DNA of 8,867 nucleotides from assembly GCA_016748015.1 (NCBI GenBank), contig JAAOMT010000727.1, positions 23,880 to 32,746 on the forward strand, given 5' to 3'. Below are positions 8,471-8,867 of the stretch, one piece after another (within the stretch, counting starts at the first letter, position 1; the number at the start of each line of letters is the position of its first letter). Position numbers and translations under genes: made by a program. This stretch comes from Geosiphon pyriformis uo1 (Eukaryota > Fungi > Glomeromycota). Under the pieces are notes generated by a model. It worked only from the letters and a program-made list of their open reading frames with translations, did not search any database and was not told where the DNA came from.

Positions 8471-8867
8471 AGCAACAAAAATAGGTATATTAAAAAAAAT
8501 AACTAAAAACAAAAAAAAAGGGAATAAGAAAAGCTATTTCTTTGGCAACTTTATTTTTTTATCATGACCAAGAAATCAACAAGAAAAAAAGTTTTTTTTC
8601 TAACCAATATATTTATTTTTAAATATTTTACTATTGTTTTTTAATAAATAATAATAAAATTAAACATATTAAAAATAAAAATTTTTTGTTAATTAATTTT
8701 AAAAAAAATAATTTAAAAATTTTAAGTAAATTATTAAAGTATAATATTAATGTTTTATTTTTATGTTTATGAAAAACACTTAAATTATATTTTATTAATA
8801 TTTAAAATTTGTTAATAAAAATAATAATATAAAAACAATAAAATAAAAATTAATTAAAAAAGCTCTT

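Larger units (their letters stand above)
1790..8600 (-). mobile_element. Near full-length, inactivated non-LTR retrotransposon (LINE) with ORF1 and an APE-RT-RNase H-zinc finger ORF2
   Basis: Minus-strand translation through stops gives a colinear LINE domain order: RRM-RRM-CCHC ORF1, then APE (LGLYA, VVLGGNFN, LDYI), RT (IIPKS, KAYN, FVDN, KYLEI), RNase H (VYINRS, AKLPA, LDSQ) and a CLLC finger. The 3' end has AATAAA (1804-1809) and A8 (1790-1797). No LTRs were seen. The 5' boundary is approximate, placed where the sequence becomes nearly pure AT. Confidence 0.93.

Noticed and set aside
8582-8601. Inverted repeat agaaaaaaagttttttttct near the LINE 5' end
   Set aside because: Homopolymer-based and expected by chance at this composition.
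8781-8790. Possible target-site duplication taaattatat (also at 1773-1782)
   Set aside because: An AT-only 10-mer in >90% AT DNA, far from the inferred 5' end; chance is likely.
1-8867. Window termini form a 7/8 inverted match (aagatctt vs aagagctt)
   Set aside because: Too short, does not extend, and window ends are arbitrary; not evidence of terminal inverted repeats.

Overview
Very AT-rich eukaryotic, probably fungal, DNA made almost entirely of dead non-LTR retrotransposons (LINEs). The main element (~1790-8600, minus strand) is essentially full length. It has a 5' UTR, ORF1 (~8470-6569; two RRM-like domains, a CCHC knuckle and a coiled coil) and ORF2 (6572-1919; APE endonuclease, reverse transcriptase, RNase H, C-terminal Cys finger). 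The two ORFs overlap in an ATGA, and the element ends with AATAAA plus a short A tail. All minus-strand ORFs in the supplied track are fragments of it. Left of it lie two more decayed, mutually homologous fragments in inverted orientation (~478-810 + and ~860-1580 -) and a 36-bp tandem repeat. At the far left is what looks like an intact terminal exon of a host gene (266-137, minus). The most striking property is the mode of decay: massive C>T/G>A loss on both strands with the ORF1 frame fully preserved, almost no CpG, CpA retained and TpC depleted. This suggests a repeat-directed cytosine hypermutation process that differs from classical CpA-type RIP. From memory, not from a search, the translations resemble repeat-derived predicted proteins of Glomeromycotina such as Geosiphon.
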